Source: Phycisphaerae bacterium
Lineage (GTDB): Bacteria; Planctomycetota; Phycisphaerae; UBA1845; Fen-1342
DNA: 64,000 bases
Assembly (NCBI GenBank): GCA_963675745.2
Contig: CAXXWX010000007.1
Coordinates: forward strand, 32,001-96,000
Reading direction: 5' to 3'
Numbering within the stretch: position 1 is the first letter of the stretch; each line of letters begins with the position of its first letter. The position numbers and the translations under genes are program-made. This document shows, piece by piece, positions 30,205-38,727 of the stretch. The notes beneath the pieces are model-generated. The model was given only the letters and a program-made list of their open reading frames with translations, did not search any database and was not told where the DNA came from.

Positions 30205-30211
30205 CCGTTTT

Positions 30212-30535
30212 GTACGAGTAACACCGTTCGCAACGGCGGGCCCGACGGCCTGCCGCTCAGGTCTCGAAGTTCGGTGTGAAGCGCGATACACGATCTGGTG
30301 TCGCCGCACCCTGTTCAAGGCGCGTCTTACGCACCACGTAGCCGCTATCGGGGAATCGCCGAAATCGAGGTCCGGGCGCCAGCGTGCGTTGTCGCACGGT
30401 CCAAAACGATGGCGACGCCTCGTGTCAGCGGAGCGTCGCGAATGCGCCGAGAAAGGGTACAGGTGCCGCGGGAGGGTGTGTCGCGACAACTTCGCGGCAG
30501 GCCGCGGCGCGAGTTCCTTTTCTCGGCGTTTTTTT
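30212..30535 (+). ncRNA. Candidate rod-shaped ncRNA (6S-like or novel)
   Basis: Bounded by a promoter and a terminator, with no credible ORF. Nested pairings GGGCC/GGTCC, CGACGGC/GTTGTCG, CGCTC/GGGCG, GGTCTCGA/TCGAGGTC and TTCGGTG/CGCCGAA span ~30238-30402. Confidence 0.6.
30444..30535 (+). terminator. Long GC hairpin plus T7, likely an intrinsic terminator
   Basis: CGCCGAGAAAGG...CCTTTTCTCGGCG then TTTTTTT (30529-30535). Confidence 0.7.
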
Positions 30536-30540
30536 GTGCC

Positions 30541-31010
30541 GCCGGGTGCGGGCAATCGTGATTTGCTCCGGCACGTCAGCCCGGCGACGCCGGCCAGCGC
30601 GGATCAGCAGTACAAAGGGCGCGACGAAGGGCCTGGCCCACGCCGCGACTAACAGACCGATGCCCAGGCTCCGGAAAGCCGTGGTCCTCACGCCAACGCC
30701 GACAGGTGCCGGGCCGGTCTACTCAGAATGTCGTGAGAGAGTCCTCTGCTGGCGCCGCCGTCCACTTCGCGCCGGCGGCACCGGTGCGCGGGCGCCCCCG
30801 CGCGAAGACTGTCGTCAGCGAGGGCAAAGCGGGGATGGGAGCGAGAGATGCGCGGTCGCGCGCGCCGCTGCAGCAGGAAGACTCCCCATTCGGTTGGGGC
30901 GCGAAGCCCAAGGGCTCCGGCGCTCGCCGGGAGCGCGGCCGACATCTCGCCAGAGGCGGGCAGGAGCAAGTCCTGCCTGAGGCCGGGCTGGCAAGTCAAA
31001 CGCACCGGCC
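30541..31010 (+). ncRNA. Candidate large multi-domain structured RNA, family unrecognised
   Basis: Closing helix GTCAGCCCGGC (30575-85) / GCCGGGCTGGC (30982-92) encloses at least 7 nested helices with purine-rich linkers; ORFs here look spurious. Confidence 0.45.
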
Positions 31011-31154
31011 GCCGACGTCGCCTGTGGTAAACACCGGCGGCGGACGTTTCTCCGAGTTCCAGGATCGTTTAGCATCGTGTCACACAACGCTCGCCGGTCA
31101 CGTGGCCGGCGACAGGGGTGACATCCAGCACCGCTTGGGAATAGGTGGGCACAT

Positions 31155-32231
31155 ATGTCCTCTTGCGAGACCATCCGCGAGTTCTTTCGGCACAACGACT
31201 GGGGGCGCGACAGAATCCTGGCGCTGGCGGATCCACTTGACGATGCTCAGCTCGATCGCGAGTTTGAGATGGGGCGCGGCTCGCTACGCCAAACAATCAT
31301 CCATTTGTGGGGCGCCGAACGGTACTGGCTGAACTGCTGGCTAGCTCCCCACAACCCCGCCGAGATAGACCCGGTGTCACCCGCCGGCATCGCCGACCTG
31401 CGCGCGTTGTTCCGCGCCACCGCCGCCGAGCGCGAGCGGTTCTTATCGTCGCTCAGTGACGACGATCTGCGCAGCGAAGTGGTTGTGCGGCACTCGACTG
31501 GAGATGAGGACACACTCGTCCTTGCGGACATGATGCTGCACGTCTGCAACCACGGCGCACACCACCGCGCCCAGGCGCTGAACATGTTGAGGCACCTCGG
31601 CGTGGCCGTACCCAACCTTGGCTACCTGTTCATGAAGGTGGAGCATCCAACCGTCAGGTTCGAGCCAGAGTCGGCCGGGAAGCTGCGTGAAGGCGGCCTT
31701 ACCGTCGGTGAAGAACCGCTGCCGCCGGTAGACTTCGACCCGGCACTGCTGTCCCGTGGCCTGGCATACGGCGACTGGGCCAGCAAGCGCATCGTCGCTT
31801 CCGCCGGGAAGCTCGATGACCAGCGCCTCGACCAGCCGTTTGAGATGGGGCTGGGTACCTTGCGCAAAACGCTGCTGCACATCGTCGATGCCGAAAGCTG
31901 GTGGGTGGATAACTGGACCGGCGCGGCGCAGCCTGAATGGGAGAAGACGGCTGAGACCACGGCGATTGGCGAGCTTGTGTCCACGTTTGCGGAGGTGCGC
32001 CGCCGGCGCGACAGCCACCTCAGCGGCATATCACCTGATGCGCTGCTGCGGGTTGTCCCCGTGTGGGCGACGCCCGAGCTCAAGCTGCACTTCCGGTTGG
32101 GCGAGTCCGTCGTGCAACTCATCGACCACGGTACGAATCACCGGGCGCAGGCCGTAAACATGTTGCGGCACCTCGGTGCGCCGGTGCCGTCACTCGACTT
32201 CGACGACTGGCTTGAAGAGCTCGATAGATAG
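31155..32231 (+). CDS. DinB-family protein with two tandem DinB domains
   Basis: Two copies of F.MG.G.LR.T..H...AE..W and H...HRAQA.NMLRHLG. Confidence 0.88.
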   Translation: MSSCETIREFFRHNDWGRDRILALADPLDDAQLDREFEMGRGSLRQTIIHLWGAERYWLNCWLAPHNPAEIDPVSPAGIADLRALFRATAAERERFLSSLSDDDLRSEVVVRHSTGDEDTLVLADMMLHVCNHGAHHRAQALNMLRHLGVAVPNLGYLFMKVEHPTVRFEPESAGKLREGGLTVGEEPLPPVDFDPALLSRGLAYGDWASKRIVASAGKLDDQRLDQPFEMGLGTLRKTLLHIVDAESWWVDNWTGAAQPEWEKTAETTAIGELVSTFAEVRRRRDSHLSGISPDALLRVVPVWATPELKLHFRLGESVVQLIDHGTNHRAQAVNMLRHLGAPVPSLDFDDWLEELDR

Positions 32232-32379
32232 CGTTTTTGCGGGCGCGATAGGACGGGGTGGCCGCACGTAGGCGCCGAGCGCCAAGGTGCCGACGTCCGT
32301 TCTCCCCCGCATGATCATGATCGGGTACAATAGCCCTCGGTGATGTTGCGCGTAACGCCGGCTGCCGGGGAGGTATGTC

Positions 32380-32787
32380 ATGTCTTTGCTCGAGTGGAGT
32401 GAGGAGTTCAGCGTTGGTGTGCGGAAGCTGGACGACCAGCACAAGGAGCTGATCGGAACGCTAAACGAGCTTTTCGACGCGATCGGCGAGGGGTGTGAAC
32501 AGGCAATCTTGCGCCGGCAGCTCACGCGCCTGATTGACTACGCGCTCACGCATTTCATGGACGAAGAGAAGCTCATGTTGCAGTGCAACTACGCGGGGTA
32601 CCAGCAGCACAAGCTCGAGCACGATGAGTTCACTAGCAAGGTGCTGGCGCTTAATGACCGCTGCGAGGCCGGCGAGCCGGCGCTGATCGCCGAGATCGCC
32701 AATTTCCTCACCATCTGGTTCACCACCCACGTCCAGGGCACCGACAAGGACTATGTCGCGTGCTTCAGCGAGCACGGCATCTCATAG
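32380..32787 (+). CDS. Bacteriohemerythrin
   Basis: W...FSVG...LD.QH, HF.DEE, H..EH, W...HV...D. Confidence 0.92.
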   Translation: MSLLEWSEEFSVGVRKLDDQHKELIGTLNELFDAIGEGCEQAILRRQLTRLIDYALTHFMDEEKLMLQCNYAGYQQHKLEHDEFTSKVLALNDRCEAGEPALIAEIANFLTIWFTTHVQGTDKDYVACFSEHGIS

Positions 32788-32814
32788 CCCCCGTTCCCCG
32801 TTCCCCGTTCCCCG
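32788..32814. repeat. 7-bp tandem repeat (CCCCGTT) x3.5
   Basis: Directly after the hemerythrin stop codon. Confidence 0.7.
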
Positions 32815-32881
32815 GATGCACACACACGCTCCGCCCGCTACAATCCTGGCGTTTCCATAGCCGACAATTCGGGAGTCACGC

Positions 32882-33244
32882 ATGATGACGAAAGACGAAC
32901 TGATCGCACAGGCAAGAGCATTGGGCGAGGCACTTGCGCGCAACGAGGCCGTCAAGGCACACGCCGAAGCGCAGCGTGCCGTGCAGAACGACGCTCAATC
33001 GCAGGAGCTGCTGCGTAACTACAACGCGCAGGCCCAGCGCGTGCAGAAGCTGCAAACCGAAGGCCAGCCGATAGAGGCCGACGACAAGCGCAAGCTGGCT
33101 GAGCTTGAACAGCAACTGGCCGGTAATGACACGATCAAGGTTCTGATGCGCACACAGGCGGACTACATGGCGCTGATGAATAGCATCAACCAGGCGATGG
33201 GGGCGCCGTTGATGCGGCAACCAGAGGCGGGATCGGACGCGTGA
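32882..33244 (+). CDS. YlbF/YmcA (RicA/RicF-like) family helical regulator
   Basis: 120 aa, all-helical, pattern I...A..LG..L......D..AQ.L...Y. Confidence 0.7.
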   Translation: MMTKDELIAQARALGEALARNEAVKAHAEAQRAVQNDAQSQELLRNYNAQAQRVQKLQTEGQPIEADDKRKLAELEQQLAGNDTIKVLMRTQADYMALMNSINQAMGAPLMRQPEAGSDA

Positions 33245-35199
33245 GTGACGAGCGCGTCGCCGAGTGCTCAGAAGCTGAGCGAGACGGGCTGACCTCCGGC
33301 CTGCGCGCGGCGAGCTGTCCGATGGCGCCCGCGACGTGGGGCTGGCTGCTCGCGCTGGCCGGTTGGACCGTGGCGCTGTCTTTCTATCACCTGGATGGTG
33401 GGGCCGGGTTTGAACCGATCGATTGCTGGGTGGCCCAGACGGCGCGCGAGATGCACGAGCGCGGCGACTGGTTGATCCCGGTTTTTTCCGGCGAAACGCG
33501 CATGCAGAAGTCGCCGGGGCCGTACTGGGCCGTGATGCTCACCAGTACGCTGCTCGGACGTCCAATCGACGAGGTCACCGCGCGAATTCCGAACGCGATG
33601 GCGGCGCTGGCGCTGGTGATCACGATTTTCTGGCTGACACGGCGGATCGCCGGCGACCGCGCGGCGATATTCGCCGGTTTCGCTACCGCCAGCAGCGGCT
33701 TTATTCTTCTATGGTCGCACCGTGGCGCAAGTGATCTGGGGCTGGCTACATTCACAACCATCTCGCTGGCCGCATTGTGGGTGGCGTACAATCATGAGCC
33801 ACCCGGGCGCAAGCGCACCGTCCTCGTGCTGCTGGCATACTTCTCCGCCGGGCTCGGCATGCTTTACAAAATGCCGATGCCGATCGTGGTGGTGGGTTTG
33901 CCCGCGTTCTTCTATATCTTCCTGCGCTGGAAGTGGCGCATCCTGGCCAGCCCGTTGCACCTGCTCGGGCTATTGCTCTTCGCGCTGCCGTGGCTGCCGT
34001 GGGCACTGCTGGTGCTTCAGGCCGAGCCCATTGCGCTGGCCAAGTGGAAGGTCGAGTTCGTCGACCGCTACACCGGCGCCTTGCCCAACGTCGAGGGGCA
34101 GAACCACTGGCGCTTCCTGCTCACCTACATCGAAATGCCGTTGGTCTACTGCCTGCCGTACACGTTGTCGCTGCCGGGGGCGCTGTGGCGCGGCTTGCGG
34201 AGAGATCCGCGCGTGAGTCGTGATGGCATGCTCTGCATGGTGATCTGGTTCGCGGCGCTGCTGGCGTTTTTCACTTCGTCGACAGGCAAGGAATGGCGTT
34301 ATTTCCTCGTCGCGCTGCCGCCATTGTTCGTGCTATTGGGCGTGGAATTATCACTGTTCTTCGATCCGCGCCGCGCTATCAGCCGTATGTTGGTGAAACT
34401 GGCGGCCATCGCGACAATCGTGGGTGTCCCGGCCGGCTTCGCCGGCGCGATCTACGCTCTGCACAAGTACTGGTGGCCGGCGGTTGGCGCCCCGAATGGT
34501 CTCGAGTGGTCAACGGTGTGGCAGGCCGTGGCGATCGCCGGCGTGATCTGCTCGATCGGCACCACGATCGCCGCCGTGCTGTTCCTGCGCGGCAGGCGTA
34601 ACACATCGTTTGCCGCTTTGGTCGGAGTGATGTGGGCGACCTGGTTGTGGGTATGGCCGAATGTCATGCCGCTGATGGTCACCCAGCGTGAGTTCGTCGA
34701 TCTCGCGGACCAGATGAACGCGCGACTCGACGAGGGCATGGTTGCCGACCTGCACCAGATCGGCAGTCAGGACCCCCGGATCACCTGGTATGGCAACATC
34801 AAGTTCCCCCGACTGATCGACCAGTTGGAGCTGCTCGAAATGCAGGGCGGCGAGCGTTCGCTGCGGCGTGAACTCGAGCTCTACGTCGAGAGAATGGTCG
34901 CCGAGCTGGACGCCGATGATCGCATCCTGCTGATTGGTAACGTCCAGGATTACATCGCGTTTTTGGCACGGGTGCCGGCGGAGCTCGCCGCGCGCGGCAT
35001 GGAGATGCCCGACACGCATCTCTGGTTGGTTCCGCGCGCGGGGCGGCTGGACCGCTACTTCGTGGTTTTCAGCAACCACGCGCCGCCCTGGGATGAGCCC
35101 GAGTTACCGGAGCCGCTTCAGCAAGTCCTGGCTAAACTCACCGCGAAGTTCAGCGGGCCGGCGACCCAGCCGGCATCCTCACACCCCGACAGCGAGTGA
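33241..35199 (+). CDS. GT-C membrane glycosyltransferase (ArnT/PMT-like)
   Basis: AREM...GDWL.P...G..R..K.P..YW motif and more than 10 TM segments. Confidence 0.85.
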   Translation: MSDERVAECSEAERDGLTSGLRAASCPMAPATWGWLLALAGWTVALSFYHLDGGAGFEPIDCWVAQTAREMHERGDWLIPVFSGETRMQKSPGPYWAVMLTSTLLGRPIDEVTARIPNAMAALALVITIFWLTRRIAGDRAAIFAGFATASSGFILLWSHRGASDLGLATFTTISLAALWVAYNHEPPGRKRTVLVLLAYFSAGLGMLYKMPMPIVVVGLPAFFYIFLRWKWRILASPLHLLGLLLFALPWLPWALLVLQAEPIALAKWKVEFVDRYTGALPNVEGQNHWRFLLTYIEMPLVYCLPYTLSLPGALWRGLRRDPRVSRDGMLCMVIWFAALLAFFTSSTGKEWRYFLVALPPLFVLLGVELSLFFDPRRAISRMLVKLAAIATIVGVPAGFAGAIYALHKYWWPAVGAPNGLEWSTVWQAVAIAGVICSIGTTIAAVLFLRGRRNTSFAALVGVMWATWLWVWPNVMPLMVTQREFVDLADQMNARLDEGMVADLHQIGSQDPRITWYGNIKFPRLIDQLELLEMQGGERSLRRELELYVERMVAELDADDRILLIGNVQDYIAFLARVPAELAARGMEMPDTHLWLVPRAGRLDRYFVVFSNHAPPWDEPELPEPLQQVLAKLTAKFSGPATQPASSHPDSE

Positions 35200-36206
35200 A
35201 CCCGGCAGTGTATCGGCGGATTGGAGAACGATGGCACCAGACGCGCGCCGCCGCCCGGAGCCGTAACCAGGCCCTGCGCTTCGTTGTCGAGTTTCTCGCG
35301 CTGCGGCTGTGGATGCTCGTCATCGGCTGTTTTCCGATCCGCGCCAACCTGGTAACCGCGCGCATCCTCGGACGCGTCTGGTGGCTGCTGATGAAACGCC
35401 ACCGTCAACGCGCGCTGGAAAATCTGCGACCGGCCTTCCCGGAGCGGAGTGAACGGGAATTGCGCGAGATCGCGCGGCGTTCGTTCGAGCACTTCGCCCA
35501 GCTATACCTGGTCGAGCTGGTGATGATGCCGCGGCTCGTTGACCATTGGTCCTGGGCCAGATATGTGGAACTTGGCAACTTGGGGCCGGCCCTACGCCAG
35601 TTGCTCACCGAACGGGGCGTGATCATGGTCACCCCCCATTTCGGCAATTACGAGCTCACCGGCTACACGATCGCGCGCCTGGGACTCCCACTCATCGCGG
35701 TGATGCGCCCGCTGGATAACCCGCTGATCAACGAACACCTGGTGACCTCGCGCTCGGCCGGCGGCGTTACATTGCTGTACAAAAAGGGGGCCAGCGCAAA
35801 CGCCGGCCGCATCCTCGACAGCGGTGGGGCACTCTGCTTCATTGCCGATCAGGACGCCGGGCGCAAGGGTGTGTTTGCCGAGTTCTTCAACCGGCAGGCA
35901 TCGTGGTACAAGTCCATCGGTTTGCTGGCGATCCAACACGACGCGCCGATCGTCGTGGGGGCGGCCCATCGCTCACGCAGCGGTTTTCACTACCGCATCG
36001 AAGTGGAGAGCATCATTCAGCCCGCGCACTGGCAAGCCGAGCCCGACCGGCTGCAGTGGATCACCGACCGGTTCGCCGCTGCCCTGGAAGCCCTCATCAG
36101 GCGCCACCCGGAGCAGTATCTTTGGATGCACCGTCGTTGGAAGACGCGGCCGAAGGGTGAGCGCTCGAATGATGCCCGATCCGTCGACGCCGCTCGACAC
36201 CCGTAG
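35196..36206 (+). CDS. Lipid A acyltransferase (LpxL/HtrB-like)
   Basis: HFGNYE, RPLDNP, ADQD, PEQYLWMHRRWK. Confidence 0.9.
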   Translation: MNPAVYRRIGERWHQTRAAARSRNQALRFVVEFLALRLWMLVIGCFPIRANLVTARILGRVWWLLMKRHRQRALENLRPAFPERSERELREIARRSFEHFAQLYLVELVMMPRLVDHWSWARYVELGNLGPALRQLLTERGVIMVTPHFGNYELTGYTIARLGLPLIAVMRPLDNPLINEHLVTSRSAGGVTLLYKKGASANAGRILDSGGALCFIADQDAGRKGVFAEFFNRQASWYKSIGLLAIQHDAPIVVGAAHRSRSGFHYRIEVESIIQPAHWQAEPDRLQWITDRFAAALEALIRRHPEQYLWMHRRWKTRPKGERSNDARSVDAARHP

Positions 36207-36248
36207 GGAACGTCGAGTAGCGTAGGTCAGGCGCAGCGAGACCTGCCG
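36203..36248 (+). repeat. GTAG-headed REP-like palindrome, copy 2
   Basis: GTAGGGAACGTCGA-GTAGCGTAGGTCAGGCGCAGCGAGACCTGCCG; shares GCGCAGCGAGACCTGCCG with the 11587 copy. Confidence 0.6.
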
Positions 36249-36253
36249 TCCTG

Positions 36254-37777
36254 CTACCGGCGGCGCCCACGCTGCAGGCCCAGCCACACCGGCACGACCA
36301 GCAGGGGAAACAGCCCACCGCCACAAGCCGGCATCAGTGAAGGTTGTTCGTTGGGGGATTCAGCCGCCGTCGGCTGCGACCCGCCGTCGGCGCTAATGAC
36401 CTCGGCCAGCAATTGAGCGCGAATCTCGGAGGCGGTGATGTACTGCCCGCGCACCTCGTCGACAAACACCGTGAACGGCGTGTTACCCTGGAGTTCGCCG
36501 TCATCGACAATCAGGCGGAAGAAGAACGTGCCGGCCTGGGTGGTCTGCCAGGTGATCTCGGGCGTATTCGTGCCGCTGAACGGCTGGAAGAGCCGGTCTC
36601 GATCCTCGGCGGTGAGGCTGTTGCCGATCTCGTCGGTTTGCGTCCAGCGGTAACTAAGCGCGGCGCCTTCCGGGTCAAAGGAGGCCAGCCCACTGAGCGT
36701 GACCGTGTCTCCCACCTGCACAACCGTCGTTGGGCCGGACACGATGGCGGTCGGCGGCGCATTGGGCGGCTGGTCAGGCGTCACCGTGATCGTTACGGTG
36801 TCGGTGGTCGGCGCGGAGTTTGCATTGTCATCGACCAGCAACCGGTAAACATATACGCCCGGCGTATCCAGCAAAACCGTTGCTAACTCCGGATGGACGG
36901 TCAAGTTTGGATAGACCGGTTCAACTCGCGCCGGCCCGCTGATCCACTCCCACGTAAACGTGAGGTTGTCCTTCACAAACACGTTTGGCAGTGTTGGCTG
37001 AAAGCCGAAGTTGAACGAATCAAACGTGCGAATGCCGTCAAGCTGCACGTCCGTGCCCGTGAGGACAATCTGATCGCCACCGGCATCAGCCTGCGGCGGC
37101 GCGTTGGGTGGCATGGCGGATGGATGCTCGATGGCAAACAGCGCCGGCGGGCAGAAGCCGGCGAAGCTCGAACGCTGGTAACGCTGGCAATCCGATGCCA
37201 CCGTCCACGCGTTTTCGTCGCCCGTGTCATTGGTGGTCTCGAACCACAGCTCCCAATGGACGTCATAGTCAATCAGCCCACGCTCGCGAGCCTGATTGGT
37301 TCCGACAAAATCAGGCACCGTCAGGCTGAAGACGTAGACCAACGCCCGATCGCCACTCTGCGATGACGTTGTATTCCAGTCGAAACCGTCATCGGTGAAG
37401 AAGTCCGGGCTAGCCTCGGGAATCGGTGGCCCCTCGGGGGCGCGGTATCTGCCGAACGGTACCCACACCGCCTGGAGACGCAGGTAAACCGGGTCATCCT
37501 GGCCTTCTTCATCCTCCCCCGTCGGTTGCCAATCCGGATCGACAACCGTGACTCTGGCCGCGATGTAATCGGCTTCGCGGACGACATCCTGAGCCGGTTC
37601 GAAGGTATCGATCGTACTCTCGTAGCGTCCATCGATCCGGCCGTCAATGCTGCGGACAATGAACCACTCGATGCCCTCGAAGTACGGCACCGCGTTGCCC
37701 TCAGCCTGGGCGAAAACGGTCCCAACTCCCACGGACAATACCGAAGCGAGCAGCAGTCCTGTAATCACATATCTCAT
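36254..37777 (-). CDS. Secreted PKD-like domain protein with a C-terminal sorting signal
   Basis: Signal peptide, two NAPP.A...V.L.G..S.D...L.Y.W units, ends PACGGGLFPLLVVPVWLGLQRGRRR. Confidence 0.8.
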   Translation of the reverse strand: MRYVITGLLLASVLSVGVGTVFAQAEGNAVPYFEGIEWFIVRSIDGRIDGRYESTIDTFEPAQDVVREADYIAARVTVVDPDWQPTGEDEEGQDDPVYLRLQAVWVPFGRYRAPEGPPIPEASPDFFTDDGFDWNTTSSQSGDRALVYVFSLTVPDFVGTNQARERGLIDYDVHWELWFETTNDTGDENAWTVASDCQRYQRSSFAGFCPPALFAIEHPSAMPPNAPPQADAGGDQIVLTGTDVQLDGIRTFDSFNFGFQPTLPNVFVKDNLTFTWEWISGPARVEPVYPNLTVHPELATVLLDTPGVYVYRLLVDDNANSAPTTDTVTITVTPDQPPNAPPTAIVSGPTTVVQVGDTVTLSGLASFDPEGAALSYRWTQTDEIGNSLTAEDRDRLFQPFSGTNTPEITWQTTQAGTFFFRLIVDDGELQGNTPFTVFVDEVRGQYITASEIRAQLLAEVISADGGSQPTAAESPNEQPSLMPACGGGLFPLLVVPVWLGLQRGRRR

Positions 37778-37827
37778 CGGGATATCTCCCACATCTGCGC
37801 GGTAATTCCGCGCCGAACCACGCTGGC

Positions 37828-38697
37828 CTACGGCTCTACCGTCGTGTCCTCGGAGTCGGTACCACTGAATGTCACCGTTGCGAAGGCCCCTGCCGCGGTG
37901 GGACCGGGATTGAAGTCGACGCGCACGGACTCGCCTTCGACATACTCATTCGACTCCCGGTTACCGCCGGCGGTGCGCAGGAATAGTCCGGGCTTAAACG
38001 GATCGCATTGATAAACGTCCACTTGCGCCAGTGTCTTGAAACCTCCCGTCGTCGTGGCGCCACCAAAAATGCCGAGGCTGCCGCCGAGCGGATCGCCCGT
38101 AATCACGTCGCCCTCGTCCAGATACTCGAAGGCAACACTGTCGCAGGACTCCGGCGGATCGAGAAAGAACAAGATGGCGTCCGGTGTGATCGTCTCGATC
38201 GAGGCTTCGTTGGCCGTCACGTTGTCGGCATCCTCGCCGCCGGCTGCGCGCAGGGAAACGCGGGTGAACCACGCATGTCCCTCGTCATCATGGACAAACG
38301 TGCCGGGGGCGAGCGTGAACGCCGATCCAATGGGCAGTTCAGACGTCAAACGTACGTAGCCGGCCTCGTAAAGCGCATCTTGTTGGCCGGCGGAGCGAAT
38401 GCTGCTCGGATTGACCCACATGATGTAATTGAAGTTGAGATCGGCGTTGGCATTGTTGTTTGCAAAGGTGAGCGTGAGGTTCTGTCGGAACAAGGCCGTG
38501 GCCGCGGTTCCACTAGTCCCACCACTGCTCGTCTGGCTGGTTGTGTCGGAACTGGATTCGACCAGTCGCTGTTCGGCGATGGTGAGAAAGGGATTCACCG
38601 TGTCGCCGTCCGAAACGAGCGGACAGCCGCCGCACAGGATGCTCAAACTTGTCGCTATGGCTAAACCAATCCAGCGCATTGTCCTATCCCATTTCAT
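37828..38697 (-). CDS. Hypothetical lipoprotein
   Basis: LCGGC lipobox-like motif; acidic, beta-rich; in an operon. Confidence 0.75.
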   Translation of the reverse strand: MKWDRTMRWIGLAIATSLSILCGGCPLVSDGDTVNPFLTIAEQRLVESSSDTTSQTSSGGTSGTAATALFRQNLTLTFANNNANADLNFNYIMWVNPSSIRSAGQQDALYEAGYVRLTSELPIGSAFTLAPGTFVHDDEGHAWFTRVSLRAAGGEDADNVTANEASIETITPDAILFFLDPPESCDSVAFEYLDEGDVITGDPLGGSLGIFGGATTTGGFKTLAQVDVYQCDPFKPGLFLRTAGGNRESNEYVEGESVRVDFNPGPTAAGAFATVTFSGTDSEDTTVEP

Positions 38698-38727
38698 TCT
38701 AGCCCTGCGGGCAAGTGTGCCGCAGTG

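Noticed and set aside
30444..30535. T-box antiterminator (AAAGGGTACAGGTGCCGCGG)
   Set aside because: Lacks the TGGN bulge that pairs with tRNA, and no amino-acid gene follows
30541..31130. Group II intron, RNase P, tmRNA or SRP identity
   Set aside because: GTGCG is present at 30546, but there is no domain V or RT ORF, no GAGGAAAGTCC, no tRNA-like CCA end and no SRP helix-8 motif
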